Shown here one piece after another: positions 35,818 to 35,836 of a stretch of 35,836 nt of DNA. Every line of letters begins with the position of its first letter. The stretch's first letter is position 1. The stretch is taken from NCBI GenBank assembly GCA_027372455.1, contig DAHXJB010000282.1, forward strand, positions 1-35,836, written 5' to 3'. The stretch comes from Chloroflexota bacterium (GTDB lineage: Bacteria > Chloroflexota > UBA6077). A program made the translations under genes and the position numbers. Under the pieces are notes generated by a model. It made no database searches. It was not told the DNA's origin and saw only the letters and a list, made by a program, of their open reading frames with translations.

Positions 35818-35836
35818 ATGCTTAAATCCAACGCAC

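Overview
High-GC (about 60-65% by eye) bacterial chromosomal segment. Protein styles suggest a Terrabacteria lineage (Chloroflexota/Actinomycetota-like), which is inference only. Most genes are housekeeping. In window order: a sugar isomerase and a Gfo/Idh/MocA oxidoreductase; a bifunctional nuclease and a Zn-ribbon ORF; a TatA/B-family gene; recF and dnaN (minus), diverging from rplI-dnaB-DnaD-like-DnaC-like (plus); a LysM protein; an HNH endonuclease; usp-trkA-trkA; an HtrA protease, a monofunctional transglycosylase and an OmpR/HK pair; an ABC exporter and a PepSY protein; an APC permease; holB-ricT(yaaT)-PfkB kinase; a secreted GH-A-like protein; glutamine synthetase; and a Ser/Thr kinase. 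The unusual content is: (1) an intact IS (IS256/Mutator-like transposase) with ~32-bp imperfect IRs and an 8-bp target duplication in the dnaN/rplI divergent region; (2) an IS1380-like transposase remnant next to a sharply low-GC phosphodiester-glycosidase gene; (3) a helicase-loader gene with two complete DnaC/IstB AAA+ modules in tandem; (4) two adjacent TatA paralogs, each fused to a C-terminal zinc ribbon, next to a stand-alone copy of the APC-permease C-terminal domain; (5) a 142-nt cloverleaf-topology palindromic element; (6) a 35-codon acidic ORF absent from the ORF track, with a strong SD and its own terminator, upstream of the two-component operon. No rRNA, tRNA or CRISPR array was seen. 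I do not see a clear multi-gene defence or other novel system. The best novelty candidates are listed with explicit tests.
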